A DNA stretch of 64,000 nt from the NCBI GenBank assembly GCA_033977065.1, contig JAXCHI010000003.1:640001-704000 (forward strand), written 5' to 3'. A program made the translations under genes and the position numbers. Below are positions 31,441 to 40,776 of this stretch, piece after piece. This DNA comes from Candidatus Algichlamydia australiensis (GTDB lineage: Bacteria; Chlamydiota; Chlamydiia; Chlamydiales; JAJFMI01). The notes under the pieces were generated by a model. It searched no databases and was not told the origin of the DNA. It was given only the letters and a program-made list of their open reading frames with translations. Every line of letters starts with the position of its first letter. Within the stretch, counting starts at the first letter, position 1.

Positions 31441-31467
31441 AGAGAAATAGCATAACAAAATTTCTTA

Positions 31468-31716
31468 TTAACCACCAGACCACATACGGCGCATGCGGCG
31501 GTTTTCTCTCTTCCATTGATCATTTTCTTTTTTAATTTCTAGAGAGATATTTTGCTCTAAGTTCTTCATGAACATCTGCCACTGCTTGGGGGTAAAGGTC
31601 ATATTACCCCAAACGTGTCCGCTCCCACCAGATGATGGGGGCTTTTGAAGCTCTGGGTGAGTTGCCTCTGCCTTTTGAGGGCTCGGCTCTGGGGAAGTAG
31701 GACCAACAGCAGACAT
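31468..31716 (-). CDS. Small hypothetical protein (positional equivalent of CT657)
   Basis: S/P-rich N-terminus; directly upstream of rluD. Confidence 0.6.
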   Translation of the reverse strand: MSAVGPTSPEPSPQKAEATHPELQKPPSSGGSGHVWGNMTFTPKQWQMFMKNLEQNISLEIKKENDQWKRENRRMRRMWSGG

Positions 31717-31749
31717 GCCCCTTTATTTATCAAATAAATAATTTAATTG

Positions 31750-32041
31750 CTACGCGCTACAAAGGTTGCTTCCATCTGAAGAGCCGCTTGTCAAATAGCT
31801 ATAGTATTGCTCTTCTATTTGCTCTTCTTGCTCTTTAGCATTGTCCCGCCCTTCAGAGGCCGTATTGTGAATATCTTTTAATTCCTTTCGCGCATCTGAT
31901 CGAATTGTCTCTCCGGAAACGTCTGAAAAAACGACAACGGAGTTATCTGGCAAAGTAGAGCCGGCTTCTGCAGCTCCGTATTGTCCATCACAATCGTAGA
32001 TGGTATAAGTAGCGCTGGGATCGGTGGTATAGGTTTTCCAT
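31750..32041 (-). CDS. Small acidic hypothetical protein with anomalous start (positional equivalent of CT656)
   Basis: Frame is open back to about 32046; the ATG at 32041 after AGGAAGG is 1 nt out of frame. Confidence 0.5.
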
Positions 32042-32111
32042 ATAATTCTATCCTTCCTTACTTTAATAATAACAAATTGTTAATAAAGTGTAAAATTATT
32101 TTTATTTTAAT

Positions 32112-32690
32112 ATGTTACTTACTTACAAAGAGTTAGAAAATAAACGTGATTTAATTCTCTTAATTGAAGGCGAATTTTGGAAAAAAGTTCGTAAATCACT
32201 CTTTATCAAAGAGATAAAAGATTTGCAGAAATGCCTTAGTATTAAGGATTTAGAAGAAGCTTTTTTCGAGCTCGAAAAAAAAGCGGCCTACCGAGTAGCT
32301 GTGGATCTTCTGAGTCGCGCCACACAGCTTGAAGGAGCTCTTAAGAGGAAGTTAAAAGAGAGGTTTCTCTCAGAAGAGGCGGCTGATTACGCCATAAGAC
32401 GCTTGCAGGAAATGGGCTATACGAATGAGAGAGATGATGTAGAACGGGCGATTGAGAGCTATTTTCGCAAAGGCTACGGTCCAAGAGGTGTTTTTGCCAA
32501 GCTACGCATGAAAACCTCCCTTTCTGATCAGGAGCTTCAAGCTAAAATTGCTTCTGCAGTCAGTGAGGAGGAGCAGCTAGAAAAAATGCGCGAGCTTCTT
32601 GAAAGGGGAAAGAGTTTGCGTTTTCTTGCCTCTCGTGGATTTCCTTTTCACCTTATTTCTCAGCTGGACGAAAGTGGGATAACCCGTTAA
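32112..32690 (+). CDS. recX: RecX-family regulator
   Basis: AVDLLSR, LQEMGY, GYGP, RFLASRGF. Confidence 0.8.
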   Translation: MLLTYKELENKRDLILLIEGEFWKKVRKSLFIKEIKDLQKCLSIKDLEEAFFELEKKAAYRVAVDLLSRATQLEGALKRKLKERFLSEEAADYAIRRLQEMGYTNERDDVERAIESYFRKGYGPRGVFAKLRMKTSLSDQELQAKIASAVSEEEQLEKMRELLERGKSLRFLASRGFPFHLISQLDESGITR

Positions 32691-32702
32691 ACTGCAGTTA
32701 AG

Positions 32703-33830
32703 ATGAGACGATTGTTCCTCCTGTTTTTTATTCCGCTTTTGCTTTTTGCTCAAGACGAGCAAGAGATCGATGATTCTATTATCATTGTGCCACGAGATCA
32801 GGTGATCAATGACGATTACTATGCATGGGGCGGTACAATAGAAATCGCGGGTGTGATCAATGGGGATCTTTACGTCACAGGGTCACAAATTTTTATTGAT
32901 GGAACGGTTAATGGAGATGTACTTGTTGCAGGAGGGAGTGTCAATATTTCTGGACAGGTTGTTGGAGATTTGCGTCTTCTCTCTGGCCAAACGTTGATCA
33001 CAGGGTCAATTGGTCGCAGTGCCACACTGGTTTCGGGGAATGTAGAGATGACATCGCCCGCTTCGATTGGTCGTAATCTTTCTGCTTTATGTGGGAACAT
33101 GGACTTAGCGGGACGTTTAGAGGGCAATGGTCATATCTACTCCTCAAGCTTGCGTCTTTCAGATAGGGTAGGGGGCAACATTGCGGCTTACGTAGGACGC
33201 ATGCGCGCAACTTCGACGACAAATATTCAGGGGAAATTAGAGTATTGGAGTGATCAGCTGGCACTCATCTCTCCTGGTGCTACAATCCAAGGCGGTCTCT
33301 TGCACCACCCCTCTTTTATTTATACGCTCTCACAGCATCCTTGGCTTAAGTGGTTACAAATTGGATCGAAGTTGGCAACACTGCTCATGAACTTTTTCTA
33401 CTCTCTCATTTTGGGATTTATTTTCATGCGTTACTTTCAGCATCGTCTTGATCGCGCATTTTCCGCGATGGAAAGAAAGCCACTCCAGTCGCTTATTACA
33501 GGGGCGCTTGTACTGATCGTCTTACCGCTTATCTCCCTTTTGCTCCTCATGACAATTTTAGGTGTGCCATTTGCTTTAACGCTTCTGGCAATTAATGTGA
33601 TCGGTTTCTATACAGGTAAAATCTTCACCATGCTCTTTGTTACTAGGTGGGGGTTAGGGAAACTGCACAAAGAGAAGTGGCGAAAAATAGGTTATATGCT
33701 CACACTAATTGGCTATTTTTTCCTGACTATGATTCCCTATTTTGGACAGGCACTTGTCTTTGCTGTTACGCTTTTTGGTCTTGGAGCGATTGTCACAGGT
33801 CGCGCCGATCTTGCTAAATCTCAGATGTAA
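32703..33830 (+). CDS. Membrane protein with bactofilin-like beta-helix repeats and C-terminal TM helices
   Basis: Signal peptide, repeated G(V/T)(I/V)NGD(L/V) units, about 4-5 TM segments. Confidence 0.75.
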   Translation: MRRLFLLFFIPLLLFAQDEQEIDDSIIIVPRDQVINDDYYAWGGTIEIAGVINGDLYVTGSQIFIDGTVNGDVLVAGGSVNISGQVVGDLRLLSGQTLITGSIGRSATLVSGNVEMTSPASIGRNLSALCGNMDLAGRLEGNGHIYSSSLRLSDRVGGNIAAYVGRMRATSTTNIQGKLEYWSDQLALISPGATIQGGLLHHPSFIYTLSQHPWLKWLQIGSKLATLLMNFFYSLILGFIFMRYFQHRLDRAFSAMERKPLQSLITGALVLIVLPLISLLLLMTILGVPFALTLLAINVIGFYTGKIFTMLFVTRWGLGKLHKEKWRKIGYMLTLIGYFFLTMIPYFGQALVFAVTLFGLGAIVTGRADLAKSQM

Positions 33831-33870
33831 TCTGTTGATAGTCAGTAAGTAATGCTTGGTATCTTCTTTT

Positions 33871-33974
33871 ATATGTTGGATTTTTTCCTGTTTTCCAACA
33901 TATCAAATGTGATATGTTGACTGAGTCAACATATTCTGATAATATGTTGAAAAATATGAAAAAATTCAACATAT
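33871..33974. promoter_or_regulatory. Six-site ATATGTTG/CAACATAT operator-like array upstream of fic
   Basis: Sites at 33871, 33896, 33912, 33927, 33942, 33967; three inverted pairs with spacers 17, 7, 17; last site overlaps the ATG. Confidence 0.8.
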
Positions 33975-35064
33975 GAAAAAGTTTGATCCTGACGCACCGT
34001 ACAACGAACTCCCTCTACTTCCTCCAAGATACTCCCTCGAAACGCCTGGTGTTTTAAAAGCTTGCATCGAAGCAAACAAGGAGTTGGCAAAACTAAAGAT
34101 TGCAGAACGCCTTATTCCAAATCAAACCGTTTTAATTAACTGTATACCTCTTTTAGAGTCTCAAGCAAGTTCTGCAATTGAAAATATTGTAACAACGACT
34201 GATGAGCTCTTTGAGTATGCTCAAAGTGTGCTAACAACAACACCTTCGGCTACGAAAGAGACTCTGCAATACAGGCAGGCATTAAACCTTGGATATAAAT
34301 TACTACAGAAAAGACCTTTGAGCACAGCTATTGTCTGTGAAATTTGTTCGACAATAAGACAAGTTGATGTGGATATTAGGGATTTGCCAGGCACAGTTCT
34401 TATGAATGATTTTTCTGGTGAAAAGATTTACACTCCTCCTGAAGGGGAAGGTAGATTAAGAAACCTCTTAGATAACTGGCTAGATTATCTTCATCAAGAT
34501 GATGATGGCATAGACCCGCTTATAAAACTTGCTGTTCAGCATTACCAATTTGAAGCGATACACCCCTTTTCTGATGGCAATGGTCGCACGGGACGCATTG
34601 TCAATTTGTTGTATTTGATACAGAGAGGCTTGTTAGATACCCCGATTCTCTACTTAAGCGGATATATTATTAAGAATAGGGCAGAGTATTACAAGCGTTT
34701 GTTAGATGTTACAGCTAGAGAAGCTTGGGAGGAGTGGATTCTTTACTTTCTAGACGCAATTTTCGAAACATCTAAGTGGACACTATCTAAAATTTTAGCA
34801 ATTCAAAAGCTATTAGATGAGTCCTGCGTGTTAATAAAGTTAAAAGCGCCTACAATTTATAGTAAAGAGCTTGTTGAACTGCTTTTTACACAGCCTTATA
34901 TCCGGATTCAAAACTTAGTAGAATCCGAGGGAATTGGTCGAGATACAGCATCTAAGCGCTTAAAAATACTTTCCGGAATAGGCTTTTTGCAAGAAGTAAA
35001 AAGAGGGAGGGACAGGCTGTTCATTAACCACAGATTTCTCAATCTTCTCAAACAAAAAGAATAG
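33973..35064 (+). CDS. Fic-family protein (class II) with C-terminal HTH-like region
   Basis: SSAIENI inhibitory helix and HPFSDGNGRTGR catalytic motif. Confidence 0.96.
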   Translation: MKKFDPDAPYNELPLLPPRYSLETPGVLKACIEANKELAKLKIAERLIPNQTVLINCIPLLESQASSAIENIVTTTDELFEYAQSVLTTTPSATKETLQYRQALNLGYKLLQKRPLSTAIVCEICSTIRQVDVDIRDLPGTVLMNDFSGEKIYTPPEGEGRLRNLLDNWLDYLHQDDDGIDPLIKLAVQHYQFEAIHPFSDGNGRTGRIVNLLYLIQRGLLDTPILYLSGYIIKNRAEYYKRLLDVTAREAWEEWILYFLDAIFETSKWTLSKILAIQKLLDESCVLIKLKAPTIYSKELVELLFTQPYIRIQNLVESEGIGRDTASKRLKILSGIGFLQEVKRGRDRLFINHRFLNLLKQKE

Positions 35065-35460
35065 CATTATTTTTACGTCAAAGCTCTCGCATAAAAATAG
35101 ATCCCAAACGTAAAAACAGGGTGACCAAAAGGATTTAACGACACTGTATAGAACATGCAAAGTTTTCTGCAAAACAAAAAAAACAGCCGCGCAAGCGACG
35201 TGAAAGGGGCCCTACCCAAAACGAAGTGGAGGGTGGGGAATGAACGCGCGATGCGCTCGATGGCTTCAGATTGGCTTTGAAAAATTGCGGTGCAGGAGGA
35301 AGAAGTAGTGCTTTGCACGGTTTTCCGACGAAACGCAATTTGGCATGCCAAGATGAAGCTCAAAGGGCAGCGGGGATTTGCCCGACTGTCTCTATTGGCT
35401 GTTTTTTTTTAAATTAAACACTAAGATTTTCTGTTACGGAGTACTAGTACTCTGTAACAG
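35062..35460. repeat. Composite element A2, long inverted copy, ending in a head-to-head A-end junction
   Basis: Reverse complement of 1659-1881 plus 134 extra bp (35259-35392); starts with an A-arm fragment TAGCATTATTTTTACGTCAAAGC; ends CTGTTACGGAGTACTAGTACTCTGTAACAG. Confidence 0.85.
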
Positions 35461-35467
35461 TTGCTCT

Positions 35468-36862
35468 TCAAAATTCTACTTGGCCGGGGACGCGTGGAAA
35501 AGCAATCACATCACGAATGTTTTCCATCCCTGTAACAAATTGCACAAGGCGCTCAAAACCAGCCCCAAAGCCACTGTGTGGCACTGAGCCATAGCGACGT
35601 AGGTCAAGGTACCACTTGTAGTGTTCTATATCGAGATCGTGCGCTTTGAATTTTGCTTCAAGAAGATCGAAGCGCTCTTCACGCTGTGATCCACCAATAA
35701 TCTCGCCCACTTTTGGAACCAAGATATCGAGCGCGGCTACAGTTTTGTGATCGTCATTTTCTCGCATATAGAACGCTTTAATCTCTTTAGGGTAGTCGGT
35801 TACAATGACCGGTTTTTTGGCGTGTTTTTCTGTGAGATAGCGCTCATGTTCGGTTTGTAGATCGATCCCCCATTTAGGTTCAAAGTCAAATTTTTCATTA
35901 GACTTTTGCAGAATTTCAACAGCTTCTGTGTAGGGGATATGAGCGAAGGGGGTATCTAAGATATGGTCGAGGCGTTTGTGCAAGCCTTTCTCTACCCACT
36001 TATCGAAAAAGTTTAGGTCCTCTTCGCAATTCTCTTTTGCATATTTCACAAGGTATTTGAGATACTCTTCGCCAATTTTAGCTGTATCTGCAAGATCTGC
36101 AAAAGCCATTTCTGGTTCAATCATCCAAAATTCGGCTAAGTGACGTGCCGTATGGGAATTTTCTGCGCGGAAAGTGGGGCCAAAAGTGTAGATATCTGAA
36201 AGAGCTGTGGCGTATGCTTCTCCATTAAGTTGACCGGATACGGTCAGGAAAGCAGGCTTTCCAAAAAAGTCTTTGGAAAAGTCAATGCTACCATCTTCTT
36301 TTTTTGGAGGAGCCTGCAAATCGAGTGAGCTCACCTGAAACATCTCACCAGCGCCTTCACAATCAGAGCTTGTGATGATTGGGCTTTGCAGATAGAGAAA
36401 GCCGTGTTCTTGAAAAAAACTATGAGTTGCAAAGGCAAGGGCATTGCGTACGCGTGCAACAGCGCCCTGTGTATTTGTGCGGGGGCGCAAATGCGCAATG
36501 GTGCGTAAAAACTCAAAGGAGTGACGCTTTTTTTGCAGAGGATACTCATCAGCAGGGCAGCTCCCAATAAGTTCAATGTTCTCAACCTGCATTTCAACTT
36601 GTTGTTTACCTCCGGGACTCTCTACAAGTTTACCTGTTGCACGAATGGCGGCACCTGTTGTCAGTTGTGAAATGAGTCCAGAATAACCGGGAAGTTCGCT
36701 CTGAACGACAAGTTGAAAGTTGGCAAGTGTTGAACCATCATTGAGCTCGATAAAAGAAAATGTTTTCTGTTCACGTTTACTACGAATCCATCCGGCGACT
36801 TGTACTTCTTCTCCGATTTTTGATTCTTTAATGAGTTGTTTAATTTTTGTTCTACTTGGCAT
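35468..36862 (-). CDS. asnS: Asparagine--tRNA ligase
   Basis: DCEGAGEMF, LTVSGQL, FRAENSHTARHLAEFWMIEPE. Confidence 0.98.
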   Translation of the reverse strand: MPSRTKIKQLIKESKIGEEVQVAGWIRSKREQKTFSFIELNDGSTLANFQLVVQSELPGYSGLISQLTTGAAIRATGKLVESPGGKQQVEMQVENIELIGSCPADEYPLQKKRHSFEFLRTIAHLRPRTNTQGAVARVRNALAFATHSFFQEHGFLYLQSPIITSSDCEGAGEMFQVSSLDLQAPPKKEDGSIDFSKDFFGKPAFLTVSGQLNGEAYATALSDIYTFGPTFRAENSHTARHLAEFWMIEPEMAFADLADTAKIGEEYLKYLVKYAKENCEEDLNFFDKWVEKGLHKRLDHILDTPFAHIPYTEAVEILQKSNEKFDFEPKWGIDLQTEHERYLTEKHAKKPVIVTDYPKEIKAFYMRENDDHKTVAALDILVPKVGEIIGGSQREERFDLLEAKFKAHDLDIEHYKWYLDLRRYGSVPHSGFGAGFERLVQFVTGMENIRDVIAFPRVPGQVEF

Positions 36863-37700
36863 AATCTCTTAAGATTTGGATCTCTTCGCTCCAAATTTCT
36901 GTGTTGGGTGTTTCAAGGTATTTTGGCAAATCACGTAATTTGGGATTCTGCATCATTGCTTTAAAGCCCTCATTTCCAATTTCACCTTTGCCCAGGCTGG
37001 CATGACGGTCTTTTCGGGCACCTAAAGGAAATTTAGAGTCATTTACGTGAATGGCGTAAAGATGCTTTAACCCGACCACTTCATCAAACTCTTTGAGCGT
37101 GGCATCCCACGCCTCTTTATTACGCAGGTCATAACCTGCTGCAAAAATATGACAGGTGTCAATGCAGACGCCGATCGGAATTTTCTTCTCTACACCTCTA
37201 ATGATGTGAGCAAGATGAGCAAATTCATGACCGACAGTACTGCCTTGACCAGCTGTTGCTTCCAAAAGTAGGCGAGTGGGCCCTTGGCTTGTTAACTCTT
37301 CAATTGTCAATAAACTCTCAATGATGCGATCGAGACACTGCTCTACGCTGTCTGTTAGCGCGGCACCGGGATGAAAGTTCATGTAGGAAAGTTCTAGCTG
37401 ATGGCAGCGCTCTACTTCATCAACTAAAGCTTTGCGACTTTTGATTAAATTTTCAGGATTGGGCGCACCTAGATTCATCAAATAACTTGCGTGACTCATG
37501 ATTTTTTTTAAACCAGTCTCTTCGCGCGCTTTTTTCCAGCGCTCTAACTCTTCAGTAGAGATCGGCTTTCCCGCCCACTGTCGCTGGTTGCTAGTAAAAA
37601 GTTGAATCGTTGTAGCGCCAATTCTTTGGCCATGAAGGAGCGCCTTGTGTGCACCACCAGCAGCTGAAGTATGCGCGCCGATTAAAAGTTTATCTGTCAT
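36852..37700 (-). CDS. nfo: Endonuclease IV
   Basis: IGAHTSAAGG, HASYLMNL, CIDTCHIFAAGYD, HVNDSK. Confidence 0.97.
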   Translation of the reverse strand: MTDKLLIGAHTSAAGGAHKALLHGQRIGATTIQLFTSNQRQWAGKPISTEELERWKKAREETGLKKIMSHASYLMNLGAPNPENLIKSRKALVDEVERCHQLELSYMNFHPGAALTDSVEQCLDRIIESLLTIEELTSQGPTRLLLEATAGQGSTVGHEFAHLAHIIRGVEKKIPIGVCIDTCHIFAAGYDLRNKEAWDATLKEFDEVVGLKHLYAIHVNDSKFPLGARKDRHASLGKGEIGNEGFKAMMQNPKLRDLPKYLETPNTEIWSEEIQILRDYAK

Positions 37701-37733
37701 AGAGGTCTATTTTCGCAGGTAGAAGCAGAAATT

Positions 37734-38189
37734 TCAAGGATTCTTCTTCTTTGCTGCTTTTCTGGATGTAAAAAAAGCGGCTGCAGAGAATACTCCTACG
37801 GCTAAAATGCGTGGGTTGCTGTGAATAAAAAAATTGCGCAGATAGGCAACCTGAGAAAGAGCAACTCCCTGAGTTAATAAAGCGCAGCTGGTAATTAGGC
37901 CTACCTTAGCGCTCTCTTTTTTTAGATTTTCATATTTTGAATGCTTGATTGCGTAACATAACAAGGAAGCGTCAGAGGCGAGCAGTATGGTGGCTGTGAT
38001 AATCCAATGAGGTTTAGGCAAAGAGTAGATATTTTTATCAATCAAAAGGGCAGTAGTTGCAGCGATGCCAACAAGAGAAGTTAGCGCTGCATTTTTTGCT
38101 ACATCACAGGAGTGAATTCCCTGATTCCAACTATCAAAAGTATGAACTGGTATTGCTAGCATAATTCCTCCCCAAGAGTGTTCTAGCAA
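37734..38189 (-). CDS. Small multi-TM hypothetical protein
   Basis: Four hydrophobic segments, basic tail. Confidence 0.6.
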   Translation of the reverse strand: MLEHSWGGIMLAIPVHTFDSWNQGIHSCDVAKNAALTSLVGIAATTALLIDKNIYSLPKPHWIITATILLASDASLLCYAIKHSKYENLKKESAKVGLITSCALLTQGVALSQVAYLRNFFIHSNPRILAVGVFSAAAFFTSRKAAKKKNP

Positions 38190-38223
38190 TGCATTTTTGA
38201 TGATTTCGGAAGTTTTTGTCTAG

Positions 38224-38258
38224 AAAAAAAACTGCACGTTCGTAAGAACATGCAGTTT
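38224..38258 (-). terminator. Rho-independent terminator downstream of rpsD
   Basis: AAACTGCATGTTC-TTAC-GAACGTGCAG-TTTTTTTT on the minus strand. Confidence 0.8.
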
Positions 38259-38396
38259 ATAAGAACTATGCTAAGGAGATACGAAACAATTTATTTGCCG
38301 ATTCCAATAACTATACCTAGTTATTTGTGGTCTCCAAAAACTGCCTTTTAGCATTTTCTGTTCGACCTACCGGCAAAACACTTGCTCAAATATTCC

Positions 38397-39017
38397 TTAA
38401 GTGGTGTGCGCAAGGAATTCGCAAACAAGAGGAACATTGATCGGAAGCGCAAGAGGAATCTGATCAAATTCAGGAGCATTTAAAAGCTTTCCTGAAAACT
38501 TGCCCTCTTCTACCTCCAAGTAGGGGGGAATTTCGATAGAGGTATTGCCTTGAGCCTCTTTAATTAACGCGTTGTTTTGCGATTTTTCGCGAATAGAGAC
38601 CACCATACCTGGTTTAACTTGGAAAGAGCGAACATCCACTTTTTTTCCATTCACAAGAACGTGTCCATGGGCAACGATTTGTTGTGCATGAAAGATTGTG
38701 GTGGCAAGACGTAGTCGGTAGACGATATTGTCTAAGCGGCACTCAAGCTGCTCTAAGAATGCGTGTGAAGTATTTTCTTTACGACGTACAGCCTCTTTGT
38801 AGTAACGTTTCAATTTTTTCTGCGACAGCATGCCGTAGACAGCTCTTAGCTTCTGCTTCTCATCAAGCTGTAGGCCGTAATCGGACTTTTTGCGGCGTCT
38901 TGCTCCGTGAACACCAGGAGGATTGGGTTTGTGAAGCATAGGATTGCGGCGGCGTCCAAAGATATTTACGCCATATTTTCGTGCGATACGATTTTTCGGT
39001 CCAGTATAACGGGCCAT
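38397..39017 (-). CDS. rpsD: 30S ribosomal protein S4
   Basis: MARYTGPK, SDYGLQLDEKQK, LECRLDNIVYR; true start 39017. Confidence 0.99.
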   Translation of the reverse strand: MARYTGPKNRIARKYGVNIFGRRRNPMLHKPNPPGVHGARRRKKSDYGLQLDEKQKLRAVYGMLSQKKLKRYYKEAVRRKENTSHAFLEQLECRLDNIVYRLRLATTIFHAQQIVAHGHVLVNGKKVDVRSFQVKPGMVVSIREKSQNNALIKEAQGNTSIEIPPYLEVEEGKFSGKLLNAPEFDQIPLALPINVPLVCEFLAHTT

Positions 39018-39037
39018 AAAACCTCTAAAGTTTTGTG

Positions 39038-39194
39038 CCCAAGTTGTCATCCACTTCCCCCTCTGGAGAGGTCCTTTTCGTGATCTTCTGGGTTTTGCTC
39101 TTCAGAAATGTTTAAAAACACTCCTTTCGAATCAAAGCCAAGAACCTCATCGAAAATCCCTCTCTCCATAGGAGAAATTGTTTTACACCTTAGG
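39038..39194. mobile_element. Palindromic element family C, uninterrupted copy in rpsD leader
   Basis: CCCAAGTTG...TTCAGAAATGTTT/AAACACTCCTTT...CTCATCGAAA...AGGAGAAATTG...CCTTAGG; homologous to 6016-6340 minus B. Confidence 0.8.
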
Positions 39195-39290
39195 CGTTTA
39201 ATTTGTTACCATCCATCATAGAACAAGCACATTTTTTCCACAATAGAGAACTTTTCGTAGATTCAAATAATTTTTAAGTCTTTTTGAAAA

Positions 39291-39306
39291 TACTACAAGT
39301 GTAGTA
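39291..39306. promoter_or_regulatory. BlaI/MecI/CopY-type operator
   Basis: TACTACAAGTGTAGTA (TACA-N2-TGTA core), 10 bp upstream of the repressor gene. Confidence 0.85.
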
Positions 39307-39316
39307 CTGTGGGCTC

Positions 39317-39691
39317 ATGAACGCTAAAAGAAAGTTTGGAGAGCTTGAACTTGAGATACTTAAGCTCATAACAGAACATGGAAGCGCAACTGTCAAAGAG
39401 ATTCAAAAAAGTCTTGGGAGCGGGGATAAGTATACCTCAATCATGACTGTGATGAGCCGCTTAGTTGAAAAGGGGGAGCTGCAACGTGAAAAAATTGGTT
39501 TGCAGTATCACTATAAGCTTTCTTTGAAGAAAGCGCAGCCTGAACTTCTTGAAAGAATTAAAAAGAAAATTTTTGGGAATAGGACTGCCCCGATGGTGAG
39601 TTTTCTTCTTGAAACTGATAGCAAAATTTCAGATGCAGAGCTTGCTGAGATTGAGAAAACGATACGGAAGCTAAAAGATGGAAAAAAGTAA
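39317..39691 (+). CDS. BlaI/MecI/CopY-family repressor
   Basis: GELELEILK, YTSIMTVMSRLVEKG. Confidence 0.93.
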   Translation: MNAKRKFGELELEILKLITEHGSATVKEIQKSLGSGDKYTSIMTVMSRLVEKGELQREKIGLQYHYKLSLKKAQPELLERIKKKIFGNRTAPMVSFLLETDSKISDAELAEIEKTIRKLKDGKK

Positions 39692-40733
39692 ACTTTTCTG
39701 GTTTTTGAGTTTTGACTTGATCACCAACAGTCTACTCGCTTTATTTACAGCGGTTATTTTGGTAGAATTCGTTCTCTTCATTTTTCGTGTTAAGAGCATA
39801 CGAGGCCGTATATTTGCTCGTTTGCTCCCTTTATTCAAACTTCTTCTTGATCCTTTTCTTTACGATTATTCGCGATGGTCACTGCTGCTTGGGAAACACC
39901 CTATTTTTGCGGAGAAGGGATCACGCTATTTGAGCGTTATTTTTTCAGATCCTATTACAGGTGTTTTCTCTAGGGGGTTTCGCATCGGCTTTTGTCTTGA
40001 AGATTGCTCTTCTTTTTCTCTTGGAGATCTGGTTGCGTTTTACCTTCCCTCCCACTCCATAAAATTTGCTGTAATCGTCTGTTTTGTTATTTCTTTTTTC
40101 CTTCTTGCATCCCGTTTAAAAAATGTTTTTTGCACAAAAAAGGTGCTACAAGCTTTTCCAAAAGAACCTTGTCAACGCTCTTTAAAGCATTCTCTTCTTT
40201 CAGAAAGTCTCAAGAAGAGATCAATTCAAATTTATGTTTCCGATGCGATTTCGGCTCCTTGTGCTATTGCCCCCAAAGCAATTCTTTTTCCAAAAAGAGG
40301 GCTAAAGAGTTTAACTGATGAAGAGTTTGCCGTTATTGTTGCACACGAACAGCAACATTTATGCTTTAAAGATAGCACGATTCGTCTTGGAGTCTACTTC
40401 TTTACAGCACTCTTTTGGTGGATTCCCAGCTGGGGATGGCAGAGGGGATTGGAGGCCATGCAAGAAAAAGCGGCAGATACTGGTGCTTTGCGTTGGGGAT
40501 TTTCAAAATTGGCTTTGGTAACAGCTATAGGAAAGTTTGCTATCCAGAAAAATGAGGAGAGCTATTCACTAATGACAAGCGCTTTCTGTCGTCGGTGGAG
40601 CGTGGTTCGGCGTCTCAAACAGATTGCAAAACTCAACGTTCCCAAAGAGAGAAAAATCGTATGTGTGCTGAAAGGATCACTTGTTATGATTCTTTTATTA
40701 GACATCCTTTTTAGTTCTCTTTGGATTTTATAA
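39678..40733 (+). CDS. M56-family (BlaR1-like) membrane metallopeptidase without penicillin-binding domain
   Basis: TM segments, IVAHEQQH (HExxH), QEKAAD; ends with a TM helix. Confidence 0.85.
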   Translation: MEKSKLFWFLSFDLITNSLLALFTAVILVEFVLFIFRVKSIRGRIFARLLPLFKLLLDPFLYDYSRWSLLLGKHPIFAEKGSRYLSVIFSDPITGVFSRGFRIGFCLEDCSSFSLGDLVAFYLPSHSIKFAVIVCFVISFFLLASRLKNVFCTKKVLQAFPKEPCQRSLKHSLLSESLKKRSIQIYVSDAISAPCAIAPKAILFPKRGLKSLTDEEFAVIVAHEQQHLCFKDSTIRLGVYFFTALFWWIPSWGWQRGLEAMQEKAADTGALRWGFSKLALVTAIGKFAIQKNEESYSLMTSAFCRRWSVVRRLKQIAKLNVPKERKIVCVLKGSLVMILLLDILFSSLWIL

Positions 40734-40749
40734 ATTTTTTAACCCTAAA

Positions 40750-40765
40750 TACTACAACTGTAGTA
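40750..40765. promoter_or_regulatory. Second BlaI-type operator
   Basis: TACTACAACTGTAGTA, 15/16 identical to 39291-39306, abutting the AGGAG RBS. Confidence 0.85.
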
Positions 40766-40776
40766 AGGAGATTTAA

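Noticed and set aside
35073..35363. 96-aa and 67-aa ORFs on the minus strand
   Set aside because: They lie entirely within the composite palindromic element; the second copy lacks 134 bp (not a multiple of 3) of this region.
39018..39050. 11-aa N-terminal extension of RpsD in the ORF track
   Set aside because: The upstream ATG belongs to element C; the canonical MARYTG start with a GAGG RBS is at 39017.
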